The translations under genes and the position numbers were made by a program. From Mobula birostris (Eukaryota): a DNA stretch of 64,000 bases. Positions 11,455 to 24,814 of this stretch are shown piece by piece. Within the stretch, counting starts at the first letter, position 1, and each line of letters starts with the position of its first letter. The notes beneath the pieces are model-generated. The model was given only the letters and a program-made list of their open reading frames with translations. It did no database searches and had not been told where the DNA came from. The DNA lies in assembly GCF_030028105.1 (NCBI RefSeq), contig NC_092384.1, positions 13,031,027-13,095,026 on the forward strand. Direction: 5' to 3'.

Positions 11455-14400
11455 AAGGAAACAGCTTTAAAGAGCGGGCGTCAAAGGAGCAGGTGACGGA
11501 GTACAAGGATTTGGTTCAACAGGGCATCGGCGATAACGGGTCGAGGCAAAGTAGGTTACCTGTGTAGAATACAGACAGGAGGCAGGTGCTCTGTGGTCGG
11601 TGTCAGATGTGGGAAATCCTGGTGACTCCCAGCCTCTCGGACGGCCACATCTGCGCCAGGTGTGTCGAGCTGCAGCTCCTTAGGGACCACGTTAAGGAAC
11701 TGGAGATGCAGCTCGATGACCTTCGTCTGGTCAGGGAGAGTGAGGAGGTGATAGATAGGAGCTATAGGCAGGTGGTCACACTAGGACCTCGGGAGACAGG
11801 TAAGTGGGTAACAGTCAGGAGAGGGAAGGGCAGGAGTCAGAGGCTAGAGAGTACCCCTGTGGCTCTCCCCCTTAACAAAATGTACACCTGCTTGAGTACT
11901 GTCTGGGGGGACGGCCTACCTGGGAGAAGACTCTGGCACAGAGTCTGGCCCTGTGACGCAGAACCGTAGGGAAAGGAGGAGAACGGCAGCAGTGACAGGG
12001 GACTCAAGAGGTAGGGAGTCAGACAGGCGATTCTGTGAACACAGGAAAGAAATACGGATGGCAGTTTGCCTCCCAGGTGCCAAGATCCGGGATGTTGCTT
12101 ATCGCGTCCATGATATCCTGAAGTGGGAAGAAGAACAGCCAGAGGTTGTGGTACATATTGGTACCAACGATATAGGTAGGAAAAGGGAGGAGGTCCTGAA
12201 AACAGACTACAGGGAATTAGGAAAGAAGTTGAGAAGCAGGACCACAAAGATAGTAGTCTCAGGAATACTGCCTGTGCCACGTGACAGTGAGTATAGGAAT
12301 AGAATGAGGTGGAGGATAAATGCGTGGAGGTGGGGGCAGGGATTCAGATTTCTGGAACATTGGGGCCTCTTTTGGGGCAGGCACAACCTGTACAAAAAGG
12401 AGGGGTTGCACATGAATCCCAGAGGGACCGATACCCTGGTGGGGAGGTTTACAAAGGCTATTGGGGGAAATTTAAACTACAATCGCTGGGGAGTGGGAAA
12501 CACACTGAAGAGGTGGTTGGCTCACAAATAGAGAAAGCTTGGAGACAGTGCGAGAGGGAGGATAGGCATGTGATAGAGAAGGAACACATTTAGACTGATG
12601 GTTTGAGATGTGTCTATTTTAATGCAAGGAGTATTATGAACAAAGCCGATGAGTTTAGAGCATTGATTAGTACTTGGAACTATGGTGTTGTGGCCATTAC
12701 AGAGACTTGGATGGCTCAGGGGCAGGAATGGCTACTTAGAGTGCCAGGCATTAGATGATTCAGAAAGGACAGGGAAGGAGGCAAAAGAGGTGGAGGTGTG
12801 GCACGGCCGATCAGAGACAATGTCACGCTGCAGAAAAGGAGGAAGTCATGGAGCAATGGTCCACTGAGTCTCTGTGGGTGGAAGTTAGGAAAAGGAAGGG
12901 ATCAATAGCTCTACTGAGTGTTTTTTATGGACCACCCAATAGTAAAAGGAACATCGAGGAACAGATAGGGAGACAGATTCTGGAAAGATGTAATGATAAG
13001 ATAGTTGTTGTGGTGGGAGATTTTAATTTCTGAAATATCAATTGTTATCTTCCTGCCTAGAGTGAGGGGTGTAGATAGGATGGAGTGTGTTTGGTGTGTT
13101 GGGGAAGGTTTCTTGACACAGTATGTAGATAAGCCTACAAGAGGAGAGGCTGTACTTGATCTGGTATTGGGAGATGAACCTAGTCAGGTGTCAGTTATCT
13201 CAGTGGGAGAGCATTTTGGAGATAGTGATCTTTTACCATAGCATTGGAGATAGTGACTCCTTTACCATAGCATTGGAGAGGGATAGGAACAGACAAGTTA
13301 GGAAAGTGCTTAATTGGAGTAAGGGGAAATATGAGGCTATCAGGTAGGAACTTGGAAGCATAAATTAGATGTTCTAAGGGAAATGTATGGAGGAAATGAG
13401 GCAAATGTTCAGGGGATATTTGTGTGGGGTTCTGCATAGGTACAGTTCAATGAGACAGGGAAAAAATGGTAGGGTACAGGAACCGTACTGTACAAAGAAT
13501 GTTGTAAATCTAGTCAAGAAGAAAAGGAGAGCTTATGAAAGGTTCAAAGAACTAGGTAATGATAGAGAACTAGAAGATTATAAGGCTAGCAGGAAGGAGC
13601 TCAAAAGAGAAATTAGGAGAGCGATGAAGGGGCCATGAGAAGGCCTTGGCAGACAGGATTAAGGAAAACCCCAAGGCATTCTACAGGTATGTGAAGAGCA
13701 AGAGGAGAAAACCCGAGAGTATAGGGTCAATCAAGTGTGACAGTGGAAAAGTGTGTATGGAACCGTAGGAGATAGCAGAAGTATTCAATGAATACTTTCC
13801 TTCAGTACTCACTACAGAAAAGGGCAGAAAAGCTTGAGCATGTAGATATTAAGAAAGTGGATGTGCTGGAGCTTTTGGAAAGTATCATGTTGGATAAGTC
13901 ACCGGCACTGGACAAGATGTACCCCAGGCTACTGTGGGAGGCTAGGGAGGAGAATGTTGAGCCTCTGGCGATGATCTTTGCATCATCAGTGGGGACGAGA
14001 GAGGTTCCAGAGGATTAGACAGTTGCGGATGTAGTTCACTGGAGTACTGTGCTCAGTTCTGGTCGCCTGTGCACTGTGCACCAGTTCTGGTGAGTTAAGC
14101 GAACAAGAAGGACGTGGAAGCCATAGAAATGGTGCAGAGGAGATTCACAAGGCTGTTGCCTGGGTTGGGGAGCATGCCTTATGAGAATAGTTTGTGTGAA
14201 CTCAGCCTCTTCTCCTCCGAGCATGGAGAATGAGAAGAGACCTGACAGAGGTTTATTAGTTGATGAGAGGCATTGATTGTGTGGATAGTTAGAGGCTTTA
14301 TCCCAGGTCTAAAATGGCTAGCACGAGAGAGCACAATTTTAAGGTGCTTGGAAGTAGGTACAGAGGAGATGTCAGTGGTACGTTTTTTACGCAGCGAGTG

Positions 14401-14585
14401 GTGAGTACGTGGAATGGGCTGCCAGCGACGGTAGTGGAGACGGATACGATAGGATCTAATAAGAGACTCTTGGATAGGTACATGGAGCTTAGAAAAATAG
14501 AGGACTAGGCGTAACCCTAGGTAAGTTCTAAGGGAAGGACATGTTCGGCACATCTTTGTGGGCCAAAGAGCCTGTATTGTGTTGT
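11455..14585 (+). mobile_element. CR1 LINE, near full-length ends but RT core deleted
   Basis: ORF1 zinc finger (CGRCQMW...HICARC) and esterase (VCLPGAKI..., VVHIGTND); ORF2 APE (VYFNARSIMNK...VGDFNF). The sequence jumps at ~14035 from the RT start to ..EYCAQFW..; CR1 3' UTR ends in TTCTATGTTTCTAT. Confidence 0.92.
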
Positions 14586-14659
14586 AGGTTTCTATGTTTC
14601 TATATTGTTAACATAATTATTAAAATCTAAAAATACGTGCAATTTAGTTATTTTTTTTA

Positions 14660-14908
14660 TTTATTGATAGATCGCGGAGAAGGCCCATACTGCCCTTGAA
14701 GTCTCACCGCACTTACATTCCCGACAAACCCAATCACGGGCAATTTACAATGAACCATTAACCTAATCGATACGTCTCTACACTCAGGGAAAACCGACGT
14801 ATTCCATGGGCAGGATGTACAGTCTCCTAACAAAAGGCGACTGAACTCCGAACTGCGGAACGCCCCAAGCTGTAATGACATCGCGCTAACTGTTGCGCTA
14901 CCACGGTT
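14660..14908 (-). mobile_element. tRNA-derived SINE (HE1/V-SINE-like)
   Basis: The minus strand starts AACCGTGGTAGCGCAACAGTTAGCGCGATG...GGAGTTCAG (A/B boxes), with a GTAAATTGCCCGTGA core. Same family as 32158-32445. Confidence 0.75.
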
Positions 14909-16756
14909 TGAGCACTTTCACCCATGTGAATGTACTAAATTCATAGACACTCCTGGTTGGTACTTCGCTCCTCTATCTTCACGGCATAAGTTAGTGGGGA
15001 GATCCCTTCATTTAAAAAAATGTTGATGAATAGCCTCTTGCTTCAATCTGCTCTGACTTGTATAAAAATAGGATTTGAAAAGTATACACAAAATTATGAG
15101 AAAAAGAGAAGAGTGACGTTGTAGGGCCAGTTTAAATAAAATTTAGTCATATTTAACTACTTCATGCAACTGATATTTTAAAGACTATACAAAGACATTC
15201 GAATAAATGCCATTCGTCACATTCTTTCTTGTCCGGAGTCCAAACATAAAAAATCGAATATAAATAAAAAACAATCGTGTACAGTAAGTCAACAGAGTGC
15301 TTGCTCGATGCAAATTTTCATTCTTTATCTGGGTATCTTGATTGATTATTCAGCCTCAGTTATTCAGATTTTGGCAAATTCCGGCTAATCAGTGTCGAGA
15401 ACTCCGCAGGTAAATAAACCTCCTCTATTGCGCGAAAGAAAAAAAAAATAATAAAACACAGATTCGGGAAATCTGAAGTAAAGTAGCATATTCTGGAAAC
15501 ACTCATTAGGCAGCATCTGCATGAAGCGGATGAGAAACTATTTGAGGCATGAAATCCTTCAACAGAATTGAGCGACACAGCAACCTGGCTAGTAGAACCG
15601 CCGTCTCGTCGCTTCACTGACCCTGGTCCAATCTTGACCTTTGAAGCTGCCTATGTGGAAATTACAAGTTTCCCTTGTTAATCTCTGCCCGGGCGTTACC
15701 TATAACAACTATCCTCAGAAGTAACAGACTCACTTATTGGAGCAGAACCTAGTTAATTTCTAGGCTTCAGTAATGAAGGAAAGTATCATAATTTTAGAAA
15801 TATCTGTACTCTTTAGCCCCCACAATAATCAATAGTTCATCAGAATTTGCCTCTCGTACAAGGGGGGATAAATTGTCTTGTTATGGAGTCTACTTGGCTG
15901 AAGGAGGTACCGAAAGCACAACGAAAAGGTGATAATGAGGCCGATGAAGTTATGAAATAAATAGGACAGCGATAAAAACAGAACTGTTGATGTTCACTAA
16001 TTCTTAAAGTTGAGTGATCTTAAACATCACAATCAACTATTTCTTTATACGGAAAAGTGAGTTAAGCGAAGTTTTCCCTTTCGGGGCTCTGATGAAATAT
16101 CGTTATCCGATGTAGCCATTACGCTTTTGAAGAAAGATACAGCAGAGAACAAAGGAGGCAATGCACATTAGACAAGTGAACAAATTAAACTGTCGGATGC
16201 TATTCCCCTTAAAGCAAAATCAGTAAATAAAGTACCCAAGTTAAGAATAATAAAATTTTCTGCGAAAATGCAGGAAGTGTTCTCATAGTCTTGCAAAACA
16301 TAGATTCCGGCTGTTTGTCAAAGGAACGCTAGAACACCAGAATGACTTTCGATGTGATTAGCAGGCCAGCTATCCCTCGCCAATATTAAAGATTTACACA
16401 AGGAACCGAGTGAGAGTTAGGAACGGTGTCAGCAAACGATTTCACCTACAGAGCAGATCACCAAATTTAGCCTAGAGAAGATTTGGGACAGACACCAACA
16501 GTATAATATACTTATACAGAATTCTGCAAGTTTTTTCTCTCTTATGCATGCTCCTTTCTCATACGGCACATATGTAGAGAAAAAGTATACACTATATATA
16601 GATATTGTATAGGGGCATTGTAGCTAGTATCGCCTTGAAGTTCCATTGCAGACATTAATAGATTTTCCTTACCTAACAGTGTCTCTGCAGCAATATGAAG
16701 AATGAGTAAAAATTGAAATTGGGTTCAAGGTGAACAAGCTGTAGAGTAGTGCATGT

Positions 16757-17418
16757 TGTTACATATCCCGTGAGTATGTTATTGAAATGGGGTGATGTGA
16801 TGTCACGTGATGGTATGTTTCAACTAGTATAAAAGGGGAAACCGCAGTTGTTGCATAGTACGTTTTGGTAACTAGCGTTGGTAGTTACGTCATCGGAGAA
16901 GAAGAAAGAGTGAGAGTGAAGAATCCCCAACTCCGAACGAACTCTAAAAGTATTTGGTGTTAACCAGCAGCATTCGGTGCATTTGGAATCGTTCGTACGT
17001 GGCACGCACGGTAAGGGTTGTGCGATGATCACTTTATTGAAAGGTCAGTTACGTTGAGAAATTGTATTCTGCGTCATAACTTTGGAGAAGGCATTTCGAC
17101 TCAGGAGCTGCGTCAGCAATGACGTCTTTACTTCACGGACTGTTCGAAAGCTGGTTTGGGAAGTCTCTCCTCTCGAGTATTTTCAGGAATTGTTCGGACA
17201 TCCAATTACCACCTTAAGACTTAAGTGTTTTAATAAGATCTGTTAAAAATTGTCTTTAAGTTTGACTGTTTGATCACAATAGACGCATAACGCTGCTACT
17301 ATCCATTTTAAGTTAATCGTTTGTTTACTGTTCCATGTTTTTGAGTAGAAGTTAATAAATGTTGTTTATTTTATAAAAACTCGACTCAAATTCATCTCTA
17401 TTGTTGCTGGTTATAACA
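16757..17418 (+). mobile_element. Solo LTR (Gypsy-type)
   Basis: TGTTAC...ATAACA termini; 4-bp flanks ATGT / ACGT (TSD with one CpG-type change); TATAAAAGGGG box at ~16830. Confidence 0.75.
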
Positions 17419-17619
17419 ACGTGCAGAATCATTAGTCTTAGTTCCATTCCACTGACTTCAAGACTTACTCTCTGATAGCTGAGGGACAATAGAAGCACGC
17501 GTAGCCACAAGTACTGAATAATTAGCTCCTGTTCATTGCTCCTACTTCTGGCTGAATAGGATTCTTGGATAATATAGTGAGGAAATATCCGCGGCTCTCG
17601 GCTAATCATTATAATCAGA

Positions 17620-18945
17620 ATCAGAAGGAGGGGAACATATCGATAAAGGGTATGAAAGTAGACTATTATAGACCAGTAAGTCTTACTTCAATGGTTGGTA
17701 CGTTGATGGAGAAGATTGTGAGAGGCAGGATTTATGAACATTTGAAGAGGCATAATATGAAAGTAGAGCAGTAGATGTAGTGTATATGGATTTCAGCAAG
17801 GCAGTTGACAAGGTATCCCATGAAAGACCATGAGAAAGTAAGGAGGCATGGGATCCAAGAGGACATTGCTTTGTGGATCCAGAAGTGGCTTGCCCAGAGA
17901 AGGCAAAGAGTGGTTGTAGACGGGTCATATCCTGCATGGAGGTCGGTGACCAGTATTGTGCCTCAGGAATCTGTTCTAGGACCCCTACTTTTCGTGATTT
18001 TTATAAATGATCTAGATGAGGAAGTGGAGGATGGGTTAGTAAATTTGCTGATGACACAAAGATTGGGGGTGTTATGGATAGTGTGAAAGGCTGTCAGAGG
18101 TTACAACGGGACATTGATAGGATGCAAAACTGGGATGAGAAGTGGCAGAAGGAGGTCAATCCAGATAAATGTGAGGTGGTTCATTTTGGTAGGTCAAATA
18201 TGACGGCAAAATATTGTATTGATCAGACTCTTGGCAGTATGGAGGATCAGAGGGATCTTGGTGTCTGAGTTCATAGGACGCTCAAAGCAGCTGCGCAGTT
18301 TAACTCTTGGGTTAAGAAGGCATGTGGTGTATTGGCCTTCATCAATCGTGGAATTGAATTTAGGAGCAAGAGGTAATGCTGCAGCTATGTAGGAACCTGG
18401 TCAGACCCCACTTGGAGTACTGTGCTCAGTTCTGGTCGTCTCACTACAGGAAGGAAGTGGAAAGGGTGCAGCGGATATTTACAAGGATGTTACCTGGATT
18501 GGGAAGCATGCCTTATGAGAATAGGTTGAGTGAACTCGGCCTTTCCTCCTTGAAGCAACAGAGGATGAGAGGTGAGCTGATAGAGGAGTATAAGATGATG
18601 AGAAGCATTGATCGTGTGGATAGTTAAAGGCTTTATCCCAGGGCTGAAATGCTTAGCACGAGAGGGCACAGTTTTAAGGTGCTTGGAAGTAGGTACAGAG
18701 GAGATGTTAGGGGTAAGTTTTTTTACGCAGAGAGTGGTGAGTGCATGGAATGGGCTGCAGGCGATGATGGTGGAGGCGGATACGATAGGGTCTTTTCAGA
18801 GACTCCTGGACAGGTACATGGAGCTCAGAAAAATAGAGGGCTATGGTAATCCAAGGTAATTCCTAAGGTAAGGACATGTTCGGCACAGCTTTGTGGACCG
18901 AAGGGCCTGTCTTTTGCTGTAGGTTTTCTATATTTCTGTTTCTAT
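17620..18945 (+). mobile_element. CR1 LINE 3' part (RT with small deletion, 3' UTR)
   Basis: YRPVSLTSMVG.LMEKI; [20 protein letters not shown]; FADD region; LVRPHLEYCAQFWS; CR1 3' tail. Confidence 0.9.
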
Positions 18946-19127
18946 GAAAGTAGTTGTTTGCTTGGAGAGATTTGTACCCTCGTGAAGAGTCAAGCAGGCC
19001 GTTAGTGATGTGTTATTCAACGACATAATCACATGGTTGATACATTTCCTTACAAAATCCTATGGATTTGACAAACCTAGAAAGATATTACTTAATTTAC
19101 AGCAAGTGGAGAACTTACTTTTTTAAC

Positions 19128-19172
19128 ATGTCGGCCGTTTGGTATATGGCTCTATTTGCTTTTGTTTGGCAT
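19128..19172 (+). pseudogene. Leader exon of pseudogenised Ig V-C1 receptor paralog (copy 1)
   Basis: ATG TCG GCC (MSA, as in the intact gene). The end TTTGGCATG|GT aligns with TTTGGCAAG|GT of the intact leader. Length is 45 nt (phase 0) where phase 1 is required, so it is frameshifted. Confidence 0.6.
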
Positions 19173-19320
19173 GGTGCGCTGAGATGTGTGTATCGTTCAT
19201 GAATTACGATTTAACTTGTTTAGTCTAAATCGTTCATTTTGTTTTATATTTTAATCCATTTATTCTTTTCATTTTCTGATATATATCTAAACTCACCCCT
19301 TTTTGCTTTATTTCTGGTAG

Positions 19321-19623
19321 CTGTGAAAGTAAGTTCGGGTAGGGTCTCTCAAATTCCAAAAGACTTGGAAGTCGCTGGAGGTGCAGAAGTTACCATGTTC
19401 TGCAAGATTCCCATTTTACAGAATACTTTTGATATTTATTGGTGGGAGGATGACAATAAACATTAATACAACAAGATGGTAGAAAACAATTTAATGTAGA
19501 AAGGGAAAGAGTGATATTTATCCTTCTGAATGTGAATGTTGCTGACTCTGGCATATATTACTGTCATGCAAAACATCAAGGACTTTCTTTAGGGATTGGA
19601 GGGCTCTCAGCTCATTCTGTTCA
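19321..19623 (+). pseudogene. V(J)-set Ig exon of copy 1, frameshifted
   Basis: Acceptor TTTCTGGTAG. VSQIPKDLEV..GAEVTMFCKIPI...DIYWW, then in a shifted frame LIQQDGRKQFNV...LLNVNVADSGIYYC, then in a shifted frame GSQLILF. About 44/95 identities to the intact V by hand alignment. Confidence 0.9.
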
Positions 19624-19789
19624 GTGAACGGGCTTAAGAAAAGGGTTGAATGCTGAGAAAGTAACTTCGATCTAGAATTAGAGCTGCTTCGCAAACAAGA
19701 TGTTGAAGTAGATGTCTGTATTTTATTTGAAAAGGATAACTGTGGTAGAAGACCAGATTTCTTCTCACCAAGGAAAGACAATGACAATA

Positions 19790-20790
19790 AGTTCAGAAAC
19801 TCCTCCCTAGATTTAATCCTACATCTAGCACTTTATGCAAAAGTAAAGAGAGGAATTGGAGTGATAAGGCTGAGGATGGGACTGGTAGTATGCAGGTAAA
19901 TGCAGTGTGTACTGAGACTTAAAAGAAGGATAGCCAGATGATAGAGCAAAATTGCAGTCAGTGAAATGAATTGAAGTGAAACAAGGAGGATAAATGGAAA
20001 CAAAGGTGAATATGTTATATTTGAATGTACACAATGCAATGGTAGCTGATCTTGTAGTGTAGTTAAAAACTGTCAGGTGTGACATTATGTGCATCACTGA
20101 TCATAGTTGGGAGCTTACACACACCAAGGAAACACACTGTATCAAGAAGACAAACAGGTAGACAGAGTGGCTCAACTGGCAATACAAAAAATCTAATGAC
20201 ATCCCTAGAAGAAGGTGGCATGGGATCCGAAGATATAGAATACTTGTAGATGAAGTTACAAGAGTGAAAAGACCCCAATAGGAGTCATATACAGACCTCT
20301 GAATAGTAGCCAGGATGTGGGGTACAACTTATGACAGAAGATAGAAGAGGCATGTAAAAAGGGCAATGCTGCAAAAGGCAATGCATATCGATTGGGGAAG
20401 TTAGGTTGGTGATGGATACCAAGAGAAGTAACTTGTAGAATGGTATGAAATGGCTTTGTACAGCAACTTGTGGTTCAACTCACCAGGGAAAGACAATTCT
20501 GGATTGGGTGTTGTCTAATAAATGCAATTTCAAAGGAATCGTTAGGAAGCAATGATCATAATATGATAGAATTCACACTGCAGTTTGCAACGGAAAAGCT
20601 AAAATCAGATATATCAGTATTACAGTGAAAAAAACGCAACTACAGAGGCATGAGAGAGGAGCTGGCCCAAGTTAATTGGAAGGGAGAACAAGCAGCGATG
20701 ATGGCAGAACAGCAATGAATGGAGTTTCTGGGAACAGTTCAGAAGGCATAGGATACATACATGCCATAGAAGTTTTACGATGTGTGGAGG
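19790..20790 (+). mobile_element. Decayed CR1 ORF1/ORF2 (APE) fragment
   Basis: K.NMLYLNVHNA; GVIYRPLNS; ILDWVLSN; LGSNDHNMIEF motifs with many stops. Confidence 0.7.
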
Positions 20791-20859
20791 AGGCAAAAGA
20801 TGGCACTGCTGAGGGTGAGTGACAACTTACTGGTGATTAACGAAACAAGAATTTCAAAC

Positions 20860-21045
20860 ACGCAACACACACGAAATGCTGCAGGAACTCAGCAAGACAG
20901 GCAGCATCTATGGAAAAGAGTACAGTCGACGTTTCAGGCCAAGAACCTTTGAAGAAAAAAAGCCGAGGAGGAGATGCTGCCTGGCCTGCTGAGTTCCTCC
21001 AGCATTTTGTGTGTGCCGCTTGGATTTCCAACATCTGCAGATTTT
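20860..21045. repeat. Penelope-type terminal repeat, inverted pair
   Basis: GAAATGCTGCAGGAACTCAGCAAGACAGGCAGCATCT ... AGATGCTGCCTGGCCTGCTGAGTTCCTCCAGCATTTTGTGTG. Confidence 0.65.
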
Positions 21046-21069
21046 CTTTTTTTTGTGAAGAATGAGAAC

Positions 21070-23050
21070 TAAATATTTTATTAATAACACTTTTTCTGGT
21101 TAAAAAAAGAAGATATGGTAAAGGATCACCACAATGAGAGGCAAGCGAAGGTGAGGCTGAATCAAGGGTCACAGTGCATGGGTTGAGGCGAATTTCGGGC
21201 GAGGTCGAGGCTTATTCAAGGACCGAGTGGAGCCAAAGAGAGGCAGATTCGGGGCCTGTCCACCTCAACCGAGAGCTGGGCCTTATTGATCTAAGCGCCA
21301 GATCTATTTGCAAAGGGCAGGTAAGGCTGAAACGTGGTGGTGGGGTAATATATAAAATATGAAGGTAAGCTAGGCAATAATATTAAAGAGGATATCAAAA
21401 GAATTTTTTAGGTATATAAAATGTAAAAGAGAGACGTGAGCAGATATTGAATCACTGGAAAATGATAATGGAGTAATGGGAGACAAAGAAATATCCGACG
21501 AACTCAGTAAGTCTTTTGAATCAGCTTTCACTCTGGAGGACACCAGCTGTATGGCAAAAATTCAAGAGTGCCAGGGGGCAGGAGTGAGTGTAGTTGCTTT
21601 TACTAAGGGAAGCTGCTTGGGAGGCAGAAAAGTCTGGAGAGTGATAAGTCACTTGGACCAGATGGACTACACCTCAGGCTTCTGAAAGAGGCATCTGAAG
21701 AGATTCTTGAGGCAATCGTCATGATGTTTCGAGAATCAATCGCAACTGGTATGGTTCAGCAGGACTGGAAAATTGCAAAACTCTCAAAGAAGGGAGGGAG
21801 ACAAATATAGAAAAGTATAGACCTGACTTCAACAGCTGGAAAGATGTTGGCCTCATTATTAAGGATGTGCTCTCGGGGTACTTTGAGACACATGATAATT
21901 AGGCCGAAGTCAGCATGGTTTCCTTCAGTGGGAATTTTGTCTGAGACATCTGCTGGAATTCTTTAAGGAATTGACAGGCTGAGTAGACGAAAGTTAGTGG
22001 ATGTCATTTACTTGGATTTTCAGAGGCCTTTAACAGGATGCCACACTGGAGGCTGCGGAACAAGATAAGAACACGTAGTAATACAGTAAAGATACTAGCG
22101 TAGACAGAAGATAGTCAGACTGGCAGGGGTGAAAGATAGCCTTTTCTGTCTGGCTGTCGGTAACTAGTGCTGGTAGACAGGGGTTGTTTTTGGGACCGTT
22201 TCTTTTTATGTTACATGCCAATGATTTGGTTGATGAAATTAATGGCTTTGTGGGCAATTTTGCTATGACACAAAGATAGCTACATTGGCAGATAGTGTTG
22301 AGGAAGTCATGAATCTGCAGAAGTACTTAGATGGTTTAAGAAAATGGGCAAATAGGTAGTAGATGAAATATAGTGCTGGGAAGTGTATGGTCATGCAATT
22401 TTGCAGAAGGAATAGAAGAGTATACTACTTTCTAAATGGGAGAAAAATCAGAAATGGGAACTGTAAAGAGATTTGGGAGCCCTCGTGCAGGATGTCCTAA
22501 AGTTCAACTTACATGATGAGTTGATGGTAAGGAAAGCAAATGCAATGGTACAGTTATTTCGGGAGGACTGGACTATAAACGCAACGATGTAATGCTGAGG
22601 TTTAATAAAGAATTCATCAGACCACACTTCGAGTATTGCCATCAGCTTCAGGCCATTAATCTACGAAATGAAATCGCGGCAATATGTTTGCGAGAATGAT
22701 TCCAGGAATGAAATATGAGGAGCGTTTGATGGCTCTGGGCTTGTATACACTGGAGTTTAGAAGAACTGGGGGGGGGGGGGGGGGAGGGAATCTCGTTGAA
22801 ACCTATCAAATATTGAAAGCCCAGATAGAGAGGATGTGGAGAGAATAATACCCGTAGTGAGGGATGCTGAGACCACATGGCACAGCATCAGAATACGATG
22901 ATGTCCTTTTAAAACAGAGACGAGGAGGAATTTCTTGAGCCAGAAATTGGTGACTTCCTGGAACTTATTGCCATAGAGAGCTTGGAAGCCAAGTGATTGA
23001 GTATATTTAAAACAGGGTTTTTAAAAACAAGGGTATGAAAGGCTAAGGAC
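21070..23050 (+). mobile_element. Decayed CR1 LINE (5' piece and ORF2 RT region)
   Basis: VDVIYLDFQR.FN.MPH, QGLFLGPFLF.L..NDL, RPHFEYC.Q and RRNFLSQ..V..WN.LP motifs in broken frames. Confidence 0.8.
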
Positions 23051-23060
23051 TAAGGGTCTA

Positions 23061-23690
23061 AAGTTCAATTTAAAGTATATTTTATTATCAAAGTATGTCA
23101 CCACATACAACTCCAAGATTCATTTCCTGCAGGCAGACTCAGCAAATCTGAGTATTTACATAAGGATCAATGAAAGAACAAGTAGAGTATAGAAGACAAC
23201 AAACGTTGCAATTGCAAATATAATTAAATAGCAATTCATACCGAGAACATGAAGTAACATGATAAAGTGTACTTAAAGTGAAATATTTGTTTGTGGGACA
23301 TCTCAATGGATGGGCAAGTGAGTGTAGTTATCCGCCTTTGTTCAAGAGCCTGATGGTTGAGGGGTAGTAACTGTCCTTGAACTTGGTGGTGCAAGACCTG
23401 AGGCTTCTACTTTCTACCTGATGGAAGCAGTGAGAAAAAAACATACCCTGGGTGGTGAGCATCTCTGATTATAGATGTTGCTTTCCTGCAACAGAATTTC
23501 ATGATGGTGTGCTCAGTGGTTGGGAAAGCCTTTACCCGTGATGTACTGGGTTGAGTCCAGCACCTTTTATAGGATTTTCTGTTCAAAGTAATTAGCGTTT
23601 GTATTCCAGGCTGTGATGCAGCCAGTCAATGTACTCTCCACTACACATTTATACAAGTTTGTGAACATTTTTGATGTCATGTCAAATGTG
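23061..23690 (-). mobile_element. Rex1/Babar-type LINE 3' end
   Basis: Homologous to 4691-5570 and 43205-43640 (GAGCCTGATGGTTGAGGGGTAGTAACTGT..., CAGGCTGTGATGCAGCCAGTC). Confidence 0.7.
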
Positions 23691-24350
23691 GGACTGTAGG
23701 GCTGAGAGGGATAATAAAGCAACTATCATGAAATGGCAGAGCAGATGGTTTGAGAAGGGTAATAAATCAACTGTGATGGAATGACAGAGCAGATGGGCCC
23801 TTTGGCCCAATGCTGCTCACATTTCGTATGGTCTCATGGGTCTTATGTCAACAAGCTGCCCTCAGAATATGTGTAACAATATAATGTCTAGCGTTTACCC
23901 TGCTAATGCATTCACCGGGAAACTTTCTGGCATTTTAAAATGCAAAGTTAATGTGTTGTTGCAAATTATCAGTAGCATGTACTTCTCCTGACCAACTACA
24001 ACAACAAAAAAAGGAAATAGAGTGCTATGCAGATATCTGCAGTGAGTTCTGTTGGGGCTGTTTGGTAAGGGAGATAGCATCGTGGGGTTGAAAGTCAGAG
24101 GAATCACCATCCAGTGAAATGATCAGACCCAAGGTGTAAAATGTACTCATGTTTCCAACTCGAATCTGAGCTGTACCACATTTCGTTGCACAGATTCTTG
24201 CAAAAAAAAATCAAATGTCGAAAAGAAAGCCTTGATGTAAAATTAACACAGAAATACATCTATAACTAAAATAGTATGCAAGATTTTCCATGCCAGTTCT
24301 CAACTTTGGTGTCTTCTCTGATCATCATGCAGACATTAGTAAGTTTCATA

Positions 24351-24797
24351 TATTAGATTAGATTAGATTCAACTATATTATCATTGTGCTGAGTACAGAT
24401 AAAAACCCAATGAAATGCAATAAAAAGTAAGTGCCACAGCACACAAATATAAAAGTACCGAGACAGTACAATATGGGTGCAATACTGCTGAGCACTGTGA
24501 TGTGAGGTTCAGCAGGGTCACAGCCTCAGGGAAGAAGTTCTTCCTGTGCCTGCAGGTGTAGGAGCGGAGGCTCCTGTAGCGCCTACTGGATGGGAGGAGA
24601 GTAAAAAGTCCATGGTTAGGGTGAGGTGCATCCTTGGTAATGCTTTTCGCCCTGCCCAACATTTACGGTAGATGTTCTCGATGGTGGGCAATTGGGTGCC
24701 GATAATCTGCTGGGCAGTTTTCACCACACGCTGGAGTGCTTTGCGGTCTGATATGGAACAATTGCCATACCACACTGAGATGCAGTTGGTGAGTAGG
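24351..24797 (-). mobile_element. Rex1/Babar LINE 3' end
   Basis: ORFs 24518-24811 and 24381-24662: CISVWYGNCS..DRKALQRVVKTAQ.IIG..LP.IE.IY; DAPHPNHGLFTLLPS.RRYRSL. (TAATC)n tail. Confidence 0.88.
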
Positions 24798-24814
24798 TTG
24801 CAAGGAAACATAAA

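Noticed and set aside
22768-22788. Poly-G run as a functional G-quadruplex
   Set aside because: It is a homopolymer expansion inside a decayed CR1, and its length is unreliable in assemblies.
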